A DNA stretch of 64,000 nt from an uncultured Rickettsiales bacterium (GCA_964550685.1 CAZJZY010000009.1:1181-65180), one strand, 5' to 3'; positions 16,338 through 25,461 are shown, numbered from the stretch's first letter. Notes: generated by a model from the sequence alone, not told the origin. Numbers and translations are program-made.

Positions 16338-18035
16338 ATGCTCTTAAAATTACGGAAAACAAATTTTTCTACAATCAGACCTAATGCAATTTTGTTTATT
16401 GCTGGGGTTTGTTTTCTTTGCATATCCTTTCTTTTTATATGGTATGAATTAGTAAATGCAAAAAAATATCTTATTTATAGGTTTAACGAAAAACTTTCTA
16501 TAGTAGAGTCTTCTTTAAATAGTAAAATTGCTGATGCAAAACATATATTGTACGGCTTAGGTGTAACCATCTCTACAGAATCTATTATATCAAGCCATGA
16601 TAATCTTATAGAATTGATTCAGAATTTTGATCCACGGCATGGATTTGATGAAGAAATATCTACTCCACTTACTGACATACTTTTTATAAGGGCTGGTGGA
16701 ACGAAGAATATACGCACGAAAGCCCCCAATAATAGAACAAAAAATAAAGACTATTTAGATAGTGAATTATGTTCAGCTGAAAAAGAAACCGAATTTTTTA
16801 AGCTAAAAGTTGGACCATTAAGAATAGGAAGTGGAATAAAAGAACAAATACTTCCAATAAACATGTCAATCTCAGACCCAAATGGTAACTATCTTGGTAC
16901 GTTATGCTCTGGGTTAATTGTAAGAGAATTATCTAATAAACTTAACTCACATTTTGATTCTAGATATTTAAGCAGCATCAAACTTATTAATCGTAAACCT
17001 GATAAGTTAGAAGATTTTAACTTTCTGAATTTAGGAAGCATTTTGGAAGCAAATTTCCTAAATCAATATATAGTTTTTACTTATGATCTTAAAAAATACC
17101 CCATATCATTAGAAATAAAGTTAAAGCATAGCTTTTTAAAAGGTGCAATTTATAGATTTGCTCTATTTTCTTTATGCATTTTTATAATTTTTATAGGGGT
17201 AGTTTATTTTTTTTCTAAGAGTATGCGAAGTTATTATGAAGACTCTCTTATTCCTGTGCAAAATAAATTAGATGAATTGAATAAAATAAATGATAAAAAT
17301 AAAACCTTACTTAATTCAGCGGATTCTTTAGAAGTTAAATTTTCTCCTGTTAGATTAGCTAATTCTCTAAATGAATTGATTGATCGGTACTATCCAATCA
17401 TATTAGAACAATCTGAACAAACTATTGAACAAAATAAACTTAAGAGCAAAATTTTAAATCTACTTTTTATTGAACAACATTTTATGTCTCTTCAAAAAAC
17501 CAAAATTGGCGAAGATAAGCTTTATATAAATAAGCTTTATGGATTAGTAAAGGAAGAATACGTAACTCTTCCCTTGTATGAATTTCTTGATAGATTTGCA
17601 AATTATTGTTGTGAATTTTACCATGAAATCAGTATTAAGATCATTGTTGAGCCAAAAGATAGGAAAGAATTCAGCTTTAAGCAAACAGCATTAATTGAAA
17701 CTATATTCAGTATTTTTACCTTTATACTTAGATCAGCCTTTGAAATGGATGATAACCCTTTAATCATAAGAGCCCAATTTATTGATAACAATGATTTTCC
17801 TACTATAACTATTGAAGCCAACATAAAAGGCTGTTTAGATCCGTTAGGATGGGAAGCTGGACCTCATTTTGTCCATACAAGCTTATTGGCCATATATTTA
17901 TTAGCCAAAGAAAATAAATTGCTTTTTAATATGATTAAAGAAGAAGATACAATATTTTTTATTCTTGATCCTATAGCAAAAAGAATAGAATTTTATGATT
18001 TAGCCATTCTGTATTCTAATAACAAAGATCTCTGA
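16338..18035 (+). CDS. membrane sensor-like protein with a degenerate histidine-kinase-like C-terminus (565 aa)
   Basis: Two TM segments (aa ~17-39 and ~259-285) bracket a ~220-aa external region. The C-terminal third has the spacing of an HATPase domain but no clear D.G.G or G.G.G boxes. Confidence 0.6.
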   Translation: MLLKLRKTNFSTIRPNAILFIAGVCFLCISFLFIWYELVNAKKYLIYRFNEKLSIVESSLNSKIADAKHILYGLGVTISTESIISSHDNLIELIQNFDPRHGFDEEISTPLTDILFIRAGGTKNIRTKAPNNRTKNKDYLDSELCSAEKETEFFKLKVGPLRIGSGIKEQILPINMSISDPNGNYLGTLCSGLIVRELSNKLNSHFDSRYLSSIKLINRKPDKLEDFNFLNLGSILEANFLNQYIVFTYDLKKYPISLEIKLKHSFLKGAIYRFALFSLCIFIIFIGVVYFFSKSMRSYYEDSLIPVQNKLDELNKINDKNKTLLNSADSLEVKFSPVRLANSLNELIDRYYPIILEQSEQTIEQNKLKSKILNLLFIEQHFMSLQKTKIGEDKLYINKLYGLVKEEYVTLPLYEFLDRFANYCCEFYHEISIKIIVEPKDRKEFSFKQTALIETIFSIFTFILRSAFEMDDNPLIIRAQFIDNNDFPTITIEANIKGCLDPLGWEAGPHFVHTSLLAIYLLAKENKLLFNMIKEEDTIFFILDPIAKRIEFYDLAILYSNNKDL

Positions 18036-18039
18036 CAGA

Positions 18040-18222
18040 TTATTTTTCTCTAGATGGTTTTTTGCCTTTTTTACTTTGTTTCTTTTTAGTTTCAGACGCA
18101 AGCTTATTTGCTGTTAGGCAATGATTCTCATCGTCAATAGAAAAATCTCTTTCTGTAGAGTCATATTGTTCTTTTATTTTCATAATAGTTGCTAACTGCT
18201 CTGGAGTATATCTACCTTTCAT
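18040..18222 (-). CDS. small protein with a basic tail (60 aa), probably co-transcribed with the upstream P-loop gene
   Basis: GAGGAAAATATG RBS, 21 nt after the stop of the 557-aa ORF. C-terminal KKKQSKKGKKPSREK. Confidence 0.45.
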   Translation of the reverse strand: MKGRYTPEQLATIMKIKEQYDSTERDFSIDDENHCLTANKLASETKKKQSKKGKKPSREK

Positions 18223-18243
18223 ATTTTCCTCTTTCTAAATTAA

Positions 18244-19917
18244 TCAGCGCGTTACCTTGATTTTAGCTCTCTTTTTTCTAGGTATATTGACACTACTATT
18301 ACTGATATCACTAGGTGAGCTAGACCTTCTCTCTAATTCTGCTCTTAAACCTGGTTTAGTCCTTTTTTTTAAATGAGGTGCATTTAACTGGTTATCTCTA
18401 GGACCATCCTTGCATTCTATGGCAAAGCCAGCCTGCCTTAATTCATCTATTCGATGTCCTGGTGAATCTTCTCTGGGCGCTAAATATAAGTTCTCCTTAG
18501 TCGTAGCATCTAAGTTAATATTTTCTTTGTCTATAAATTGCTTGAATTTTTCCCAATCATGAATCGTAATTGTTTTCTCACTAAGATTGCCTTCGGCAAC
18601 TAAAATAGGTATCTCTCCTGGGGAAACATTATTATCCACTAATATATAATCTATGCTCTTATCTTTATTGTCAATTAAGATACGGTGAAGATTTCTACTA
18701 ATATCGCGATGAGACTTAAGTAAAAGTGACCTATCAATGTATCTTCCTGTCTTTTTTCCTCTAGAAAATGCACGCTTTATACTGACCTCAGCGTGCACAG
18801 ATACACAATAAAGATGAAGCTTCCCTCCATCCGTTATGCCCAAATTTATTTTTTCTTGGGTAGGATGAACAGTATCAATTAATATATGCGGAGCACCTTC
18901 TGGATTTTGCATTTTTTCTTTTAAACGATTATAAACTCTTCTAGTTATTAAGTATGATTCATCGAAATTGAAGCTAGCATGATGTATTGTATTATCTCCC
19001 AACTCTTTCGCATTAGAAACCAAATGACGATAAGTATCTGTATTGCTTTTTACCAAATCAGTAGCCTTGATCCCCAAGTTATCCGCATCTATCATCACCA
19101 TTCCAAATGCAGTGCCTTTGCCAGAGGCGGGAGCCCCTGACATCATAAAGGTATGTCGATCTTCACCTTGGTGACAGGACAACTTTTCCAGGGGCTTTTG
19201 AGCTCTTCCTATTTCTGTTTCTGGGTAAAGAATAGTTTTCTCTTCCAATAAACCTAGAATGCGAGGTTTGACTAGCTCTGTTATCTTCTTAGACATCATC
19301 TTATTATACAATCTATCAAATACTATTTTCTTAGTAATAGAATCAAGATCATCCGTAAAGCTACATTCTCCAGGTGTATATTCTCCTCTGTCAATGCGAG
19401 TCTTTATTTTGGTGTAGACCTCTCTTATTTCATTAAGAAGAATTTGCTGCTCTCCTCCTAAACGTGATCCATCTATCGCTCCTCCATCGATCTCTGAGGC
19501 TTTAAAATCAGCAAATGCTAGATCTATTTTGCTTATAATTTCTTGTTCTGCTTCTTCAAGTATTTTATCTTCTAGTTTCTTTCCAGTTTCAGGATCTACT
19601 CCCTTCAGTAAAGGAACAATATGCTCCTTGTAAATTTTATTTACTATTAAAGCTAGATCACTTTCATTCCTAAGTTTTACTTCAGTTTCAATAGTAACAA
19701 TAGTTTCAAAAAAGCCTAATCTTCTAGGGGGAAAAGTTACGAGATCGGCAATATATCCATCTCCTAAAGCGGAGGCAATTTCAGCAATCTCACTTTCATC
19801 TCTTCTAGCATTTTTGAGTATAGAATATTGTTCTTCCGCTCCTATTGGAGAATCTCCTTTAACATAGGATTCTAAGGACGGTATTATAATTTGTGGTATT
19901 TGATTTTCACTTTTCAT
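18244..19917 (-). CDS. zeta-toxin-like P-loop kinase-fold protein with an NLS-like basic C-terminus (557 aa)
   Basis: FMMSGAPASGKGT (Walker A), HILIDTVHP (Walker B-like) and LHLYCVSVHAEVSIKRAFSRGKKTGRYI follow the order seen in zeta/AAA_33-type kinases. The tail is KKRTKPGLRAELERR...PRKKRAKIKV. Confidence 0.55.
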   Translation of the reverse strand: MKSENQIPQIIIPSLESYVKGDSPIGAEEQYSILKNARRDESEIAEIASALGDGYIADLVTFPPRRLGFFETIVTIETEVKLRNESDLALIVNKIYKEHIVPLLKGVDPETGKKLEDKILEEAEQEIISKIDLAFADFKASEIDGGAIDGSRLGGEQQILLNEIREVYTKIKTRIDRGEYTPGECSFTDDLDSITKKIVFDRLYNKMMSKKITELVKPRILGLLEEKTILYPETEIGRAQKPLEKLSCHQGEDRHTFMMSGAPASGKGTAFGMVMIDADNLGIKATDLVKSNTDTYRHLVSNAKELGDNTIHHASFNFDESYLITRRVYNRLKEKMQNPEGAPHILIDTVHPTQEKINLGITDGGKLHLYCVSVHAEVSIKRAFSRGKKTGRYIDRSLLLKSHRDISRNLHRILIDNKDKSIDYILVDNNVSPGEIPILVAEGNLSEKTITIHDWEKFKQFIDKENINLDATTKENLYLAPREDSPGHRIDELRQAGFAIECKDGPRDNQLNAPHLKKRTKPGLRAELERRSSSPSDISNSSVNIPRKKRAKIKVTR

Positions 19918-20278
19918 ACTATAATAAGAAAATTATATTTCTTATATAGTCTACTGTATATATTAAAAAATTAAAGTATTTTTAAACTTGAGTAAATGCA
20001 AGAATTATTTTAGACTATTTTCTTACTTTTCTTGAACTTTAGTTTTGTTAGAATTATTCCTTTGCTCCAGTTGATACATCTTCTATCCATGAGTCAGAAC
20101 CAGCTGTGCCAGCTGATTCAGCGCCCTCTATCTTTTCTTTCTTACAATATTGTATCACATGAAGGTACTCTTGTTTTTCCAGAATCATTCTCACTCTATA
20201 TAATTAACTCGTTATCTCTTAGCCCAAACTTAGGGCTAAGGTCTTACCATTTGCTCTAAAGATTAGGATTATAATAAC

Positions 20279-20845
20279 TTAGGCTAAATACCCTTCTGAT
20301 AAACTTTTATATAAAGTCCAACGCGAAACCCCCATTTCTCTTGATATCAAAGCTTTAGGAACCCCCTGATCTATTTTATCTCGCACTTGTAAAACTTGTT
20401 CTGCTGTTAAAGCCTTGGTTCGCCCCTTATATACGCCTTTCTTTTTAGCAATTTCAATCCCTTCTTTTTGGCGCTCTTTAATTAACGACCTTTCAAATTC
20501 TGCAAAAGCTCCCATTACTGACAATAATAACTGAGACATTGGAGAATCTTCACCAGTAAAAATTAGATTTTCTTTTATAAATTGTACTTTAACTTTTTTA
20601 GCTGTTAAGTCTTGAACAATCCGACGTAAGTCATCTAGATTGCGTGCTAACCTATCCATACTATGCACAATAACTAAATCATCTTCACGAACATAATTGA
20701 GTAATTCAATAAAGGCAGGACGATTAACATCCTTTCCAGAAGCTTTATCTATAAATCTCTTATCTAATTGGATTTCTTCTAACTGCCGATCAGTGTTTTG
20801 ATCAAAACTACTAACTCTTATATAACCAACTCTTTTTCCTGACAT
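20279..20845 (-). CDS. serine recombinase (resolvase/invertase family)
   Basis: KRVGYIRVSSFDQNTDRQ (catalytic Ser context), ..VHSMDRLARN.., and a C-terminal HTH (GVSRWTLYKSL). Confidence 0.9.
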   Translation of the reverse strand: MSGKRVGYIRVSSFDQNTDRQLEEIQLDKRFIDKASGKDVNRPAFIELLNYVREDDLVIVHSMDRLARNLDDLRRIVQDLTAKKVKVQFIKENLIFTGEDSPMSQLLLSVMGAFAEFERSLIKERQKEGIEIAKKKGVYKGRTKALTAEQVLQVRDKIDQGVPKALISREMGVSRWTLYKSLSEGYLA

Positions 20846-20872
20846 AATTATATTCCTATTATTATATAATGA

Positions 20873-21682
20873 TTAAACGCTGCCATTCCATGACTCACCA
20901 GTAATTTTACTTAGCAATTGATCCCATACTAGTTTAAACCCCTCATCAAAATTCCAATTACTATCTACAGGTAAGAGTAAATTCATATCATTTACAAAAT
21001 CATTTATAATTCTCTTCTCAAGTAAATTCTTTTCAAATAATGCTCTAGTAATATTCTGTTGATCTTTGATGCAATATTCCATAAAAATTCTAATTACTTT
21101 ATTTGCATCCACTAGATTGGCTCGTAGAACTAACCATAAATCAAATAAATCTCTCCCTTTTCTCCTTTGATACAAGGCTCGAAGTTTAGAAGCAATCATT
21201 TCCTCTAATTGGTAGCTAACAATTTTAGTTGCCCCACTGAACCAAGCAGAATCTATTTTATAGTCTATATGTTGTAGATCTAGTACTTGAAAATGTTCTG
21301 TAGTATTAATTTCCAATTTAAGTTTAGTTTTTACATTATCAATACTAGTGTAGCGATAAATTAATTTTACTGATCTTTCAGTAATCTTTCTTATAGGATC
21401 ATCAAATAGATGCGCCAGCACATCGCGAATAGCATCTATTGTTTTACCTATTGGCTCAACACTAATTTGAACAAAATCTATATCCTCACTATATCTACTT
21501 GCAGGTTTAAGATATAATTTATTAAGAGCTGTCCCTCCTCTAAATACTAGACTATCTCTTACTTGTTGATTATTATATAATTCAACTAGAACTCTACTAA
21601 TAATAAGATCTTGCTCTACCATAGCTAAAGTTTGCCAAGGAACCTCTCGTTGCCACATTTCAATAAAACTTTTAGGAATCAT
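20873..21682 (-). CDS. abiEii: AbiEii/AbiGii-family nucleotidyltransferase toxin (type IV TA / abortive infection)
   Basis: LVFRGGTALNKLYLKPASRYSEDIDF is the family hallmark. It overlaps the upstream antitoxin gene by 4 nt. Confidence 0.85.
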   Translation of the reverse strand: MIPKSFIEMWQREVPWQTLAMVEQDLIISRVLVELYNNQQVRDSLVFRGGTALNKLYLKPASRYSEDIDFVQISVEPIGKTIDAIRDVLAHLFDDPIRKITERSVKLIYRYTSIDNVKTKLKLEINTTEHFQVLDLQHIDYKIDSAWFSGATKIVSYQLEEMIASKLRALYQRRKGRDLFDLWLVLRANLVDANKVIRIFMEYCIKDQQNITRALFEKNLLEKRIINDFVNDMNLLLPVDSNWNFDEGFKLVWDQLLSKITGESWNGSV

Positions 21683-22488
21683 AAATCACTTTCTATATTT
21701 GAATTTTCAATAATCATCCATTTCTTACAGTATGCGGCTCCTAATATGGGGACCTCTGATGCAATAGGACAATAAAACATCTTTTCTTGAACAAGGTAGT
21801 TTTGTAACTTAATGAGCAAAACCTTTTTTTTATTTTCTTCACAAGTATCAATGTTATCTAAAATATAACCTAATCTTTGAACCCAAGCTTTTTCTTTTGA
21901 AATAGTTATAACTCTGACTAGTTTATCTATATCTAGTGCTTCAATAAGCTCACTTAAAATAGTAGCTATATGATTAAGGCCTCCGCTCCTGCTAGGATAT
22001 AATAATAAATCCATTATTGTTACTTCAGGGGTGGATATCTTTAAATATCCAGTTTCAACAACTACATCTTGAGTTAGCGAACCAGTTAAGTTTTTTTTGT
22101 AAATACATTCAATTTTAATTTTACCAAAAACAAGATGGCGAGAAATTTGTTTGTCTGTTATTATTTGGAATATTTGTGGTTTCTGATGGGATGCTCCGTG
22201 ATACATTGCTGCTGTGGTCAATCCTGCGTAATAATTGACCTTTCTATATTGCATTAATATAGGTACTAATTCTTCAGCTGGAATAGACCCTAAATTATGA
22301 TATTCAGGTGGTATTATGATATAAAGCCCTTTTGCAGGACTAAATAATTCCCCCTTATTTTTTAAGCGATGTATGCATGATAATAAACTAGCTCTAGAAA
22401 TACATAATTCAAGAGCCCCCTCCTCTACTGTAAAATGCCTTCGTCCTGAAGCTCTTAATTTTTTTATGTAATTGCTAAACAAGCTCAT
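21679..22488 (-). CDS. abiEi: AbiEi-family antitoxin / transcriptional regulator
   Basis: N-terminal wHTH-like ..FTVEEGALELCISRASLLSCIHRLKNKGELFSPAKGLYIIIPPEY... Its position and translational coupling with abiEii support the call. Confidence 0.8.
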   Translation of the reverse strand: MSLFSNYIKKLRASGRRHFTVEEGALELCISRASLLSCIHRLKNKGELFSPAKGLYIIIPPEYHNLGSIPAEELVPILMQYRKVNYYAGLTTAAMYHGASHQKPQIFQIITDKQISRHLVFGKIKIECIYKKNLTGSLTQDVVVETGYLKISTPEVTIMDLLLYPSRSGGLNHIATILSELIEALDIDKLVRVITISKEKAWVQRLGYILDNIDTCEENKKKVLLIKLQNYLVQEKMFYCPIASEVPILGAAYCKKWMIIENSNIESDL

Positions 22489-22701
22489 ATATGTCTTTAT
22501 TTATGTTTACAGTCATTATAAGTATATAATAGCTTAACAAGCAACAAATAACAAGCTTTTTATTATAAATTGTGTTTACTTAGGGTTTAGAGATAATATT
22601 ATATATGTCACTATATTATTATAACCATTCTATATCTACATATATTTATATAATTTATGTTCGTTGTTCTGAGGTATACCCTATAACAACCTCCACTTCA
22701 C

Positions 22702-22736
22702 TTCTTCACATCTTTATTCACAAATAATGTGGATAA
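22702..22736. promoter_or_regulatory. cluster of DnaA-box-like 9-mers (candidate oriV element)
   Basis: TGTGGATAA (22728-22736) is the exact complement of the consensus TTATCCACA. TTATTCACA (22714-22722) has one mismatch and TTCTTCACA (22702-22710) has two. The first two form a near-palindrome separated by AATAA. Confidence 0.5.
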
Positions 22737-23020
22737 CATTTTATAATCAGTCTAGATGATATTTCCTCAGCCTTTTCAATATTAGCTTGATCACTCTATA
22801 TAGAACAATCAACCCTACAAAATCACCAAGATGAATAATTACTTCCTGTTTTAGCGTGGCCACTTCATTGATTAACGTAATTTATATCGTTTTGATAACA
22901 TAATGTAATCAGATACATATTATTATTATACTATTTAACTATTTTATTGATATCATTATGATACGTTTACGATAGTTTTCTATGAACGCGCCTCAATATA
23001 ATATTAGCTCGCCCCCTACT

Positions 23021-23320
23021 CTAGACTCTCCAATTCACTTTACTCATATAAACTACTCGCCCCCAAGGGAGCGAGTTTTGGAACAAAGCGAGCTGCTTAG
23101 CTCTTTTTTCTTCTTTGTCCATTTCTTTCAGTTGGTTTTGTACATATGCACGAATCACTTCTTCGTTAGCACTTCCTATCGCTTCAACAGAATAACTAGC
23201 CGCCCATAATTTACCCCCCCCCGGAAATCTTTTTTCTTCATGTCTGGATACAGCTTTATAGCTCTACCCATCACGGGGGTAAGCCCCCTGATTTTCATTA
23301 TACGGTTAAATAATGTTCGA
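23021..23320 (-). pseudogene. IS200/IS605-family tnpA (Y1/HUH transposase) remnant: C-terminal ~75 codons only, frameshifted in a G9/C9 run
   Basis: The reverse strand reads ..IMKIRGLTPVMGRAIKLYPDMKKKDFRGG, then after a frameshift KLWAASYSVEAIGSANEEVIRAYVQNQLKEMDKEEKRAKQLALF. This parallels the IS200 TnpA tail (..YLKGKSS......F..LK......FW.RGY.V.TVG......YI..Q..ED...QL). The homopolymer is at 23214-23222. Stops and no similarity lie upstream. Confidence 0.55.
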
Positions 23321-24078
23321 ATAATAAGGATTCAATAGCTCATATAAAAAATAACTTTTATTTATAACCCCCGCTATAAGCGGACAGATACTACTAACTA
23401 TTTACTGGTTAGCGAGCAATGCTTTAGATTCAACCAAACCTCATAATCTAAAATACATCATAATTCTCCTTCTTATTCTTAATGATCTTGACCGAGAAAA
23501 GACCCTGCATTCGAACAAAAACTGGTCCGCATCTACTTATTTAAGGTACAGATATAGATAATAATCACGCCCTTTTAAAACTAAGAGCAATCAATTAATA
23601 TTAAAATATCTTGATATAGAATAACAAAGCTAGTTATCTTAGGCTGTTATTTAAAATTTAGTTCAAAAAGATAAATTAAATAATAACAAAAAATAACTAC
23701 AAAACCATTTACAGAAAAAGATATAGATTTAACATCATTATGCAATATTAATGCCTACAATATGATATCGTTTTAATATCATAACTATATCTTTTAGAAT
23801 AGAACCATTATTCCTTAAAGACTCGCAGACGCTCTTTACTCCTTTCACTCTTTTTACTTCATAGATAATGACTAAAGTGAAAATTAACAATATTAATTTC
23901 ATTTTTAAAAAAGTTATTTAGATGTAATTTTTGAAGTTAAAAATTACTTTTCAGCCTCCCTAGGTTTTTATGCCCAAATGTGACATTTTTCATAAACGCT
24001 TTAATATAAAATATACAAATTTAATTATTTTCTACGTTACTAGTTTTTTTACTACCTTATTATTATAGTTTAGTTTAA

Positions 24079-24128
24079 TCTATCAGTATGCTATCAAAAA
24101 GCATCTATTTTGATTGCATACTGATAGA
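24079..24128. promoter_or_regulatory. 50-bp nested palindrome upstream of parA (putative par operator/centromere-like site)
   Basis: TCTATCAGTATGC (24079-24091) pairs with GCATACTGATAGA (24116-24128). An inner pair is ATCAAAA (24093-24099) / TTTTGAT (24108-24114). It ends 28 bp before the parA ATG. Confidence 0.6.
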
Positions 24129-24156
24129 AATAGTGAATTATAAGGAATGTTCTAAT

Positions 24157-24801
24157 ATGATAATATTAATCGGTGGAGAAAAAGGTGGCCCTGGCAAAAC
24201 CACACTTGCAACAAATTTGGCTGCCATGAGAACTAAAGAAACAGGTGATCTGCTGTTAATGGATACAGATCAACAGCAAACTGCGAGCTTTTGGTGTTCC
24301 ACAAGAGAAGACAATAAGATTTCTCCTCGAGTTTCGAGTATACAAAAGTTAGATAAAGCGGTTAGATCAGAAGCCTTGGCTTTAAAAGAAAAATATAAAG
24401 ATATAATTATTGATGCAGGGGGTAGGGACTCTGCTGAATTAAGAGGAGGACTTCTTGTAGCGGACAAAGCTATTTTCCCGTTGCGCCCTTCCCAATTTGA
24501 CTTGTGGACTTTTGGTAGAATTAATACATTAGTCGAAACTGCTATAGAAATAAATGAAAAGCTTAGGGCCTATGTCGTTCTCAATCAAGCATCAACAAAC
24601 CCAAGCGTAAAAGAAGTAGAAGAAGCAAAGAGCTTTATTATGGAATTTCCAAGTATAAAACTACTAAATATCGTAATTTCTGAAAGAATAATATTTAGAA
24701 GAGCTGCTATTGCCGGAATGAGCGTTACTGAATATAGACCGGAAGATCCTAAAGCAACCGAAGAAATGCGTATATTTTACAATGAGGTATTCAATGACTA
24801 G
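24157..24801 (+). CDS. parA: ParA-family partition ATPase (small, type Ib-like)
   Basis: Start moved to ATG 24157 (MIILIGGEKGGPGKTTLATNLA, a deviant Walker A), preceded by AAGGA. ..IIIDAGGRDS.. follows. The track's longer N-terminus would read through the palindrome. Confidence 0.9.
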   Translation: MIILIGGEKGGPGKTTLATNLAAMRTKETGDLLLMDTDQQQTASFWCSTREDNKISPRVSSIQKLDKAVRSEALALKEKYKDIIIDAGGRDSAELRGGLLVADKAIFPLRPSQFDLWTFGRINTLVETAIEINEKLRAYVVLNQASTNPSVKEVEEAKSFIMEFPSIKLLNIVISERIIFRRAAIAGMSVTEYRPEDPKATEEMRIFYNEVFND

Positions 24802-25078
24802 CTTTAAAAAGCCCCCCTTAACAACCACAGAAAAGGAAAGAAAGGCAGAAGAGTTTATCAATTATGTAGCAGAAATAACTCCTTCTGTGCAAACTCCTAA
24901 AATAACTGTAGCGCCTAAAAAGGAAGCTACAAAAACGGTTATACTTAGAATGCCTGAAAGTTTTAAATATGATATAAATGAAATAACGAGCTTTACTGGA
25001 CTTTCATTTAACGCAGTGTGCTTAGAATTGCTACGTCCGGCTATTAAGAAAAAACTCAAAGAATTAAAAGAAGATTAA
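24794..25078 (+). CDS. small partition adaptor (ParG/RHH-like ParB analogue)
   Basis: GAGG RBS. It overlaps the parA stop by 8 nt. The N-terminal half looks disordered and the C-terminus (TVILRMPESFKYDINEITSFTGLSFNAVCLELL) is RHH-like. Confidence 0.6.
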   Translation: MTSFKKPPLTTTEKERKAEEFINYVAEITPSVQTPKITVAPKKEATKTVILRMPESFKYDINEITSFTGLSFNAVCLELLRPAIKKKLKELKED

Positions 25079-25113
25079 CATTTACAAAACAACAATTATA
25101 AAAGAACTATAAA

Positions 25114-25238
25114 AATATCACTATGATATTGAAGCAATATCATAGTGATATTGAAACGAATGTTACGATATACCAATATAATATTATAATGATATCATAA
25201 CGATATTATTATAATATACATCTGATATCATAACGATA
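25114..25238. repeat. ATATC-core repeat array between the par genes and rep (iteron/centromere candidates)
   Basis: AATATCACTATGATATTGAA (25114-25133) and its inverted version AATATCATAGTGATATTGAA (25136-25155). TGATATCATAACGATA occurs twice (25190-25205 and 25223-25238). Related copies are at 22948-22965, 22883-22903 and 23764-23784. Confidence 0.65.
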
Positions 25239-25461
25239 AATTAGCGCTTGACTATCCAATTATACTAATTTACACTGATACTAGGAATCTAATTAAGTAA
25301 GTAAATATGAATTGGATTTTTGGGCTTTAAGACAAAGAAAGGCGCAATACTCAGAAAAGCATCGCACCTCTTGTAGAAAAACTTCAGAACTTTATTCTAC
25401 TCTAGGATAGCAAAGATGTCAAGTAAAGTGTATGCCTAATTATCAATAATTGGTGGTAAAT

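Noticed and set aside
20032-20259. 75-aa plus-strand ORF between the zeta-like gene and the resolvase gene
   Set aside because: TTG-type start, no RBS, hydrophobic low-complexity product. The region is more plausibly promoter/res DNA.
22982-23209. 75-aa plus-strand ORF
   Set aside because: It is antisense to the IS200-type tnpA remnant, whose reverse-strand translation shows real family similarity.
24088-24156. Longer ParA N-terminus from the ORF track (start at 24088)
   Set aside because: It would translate through the 50-bp palindrome. The ATG at 24157 has an AAGGA RBS and places the Walker A at the usual distance from the N-terminus.
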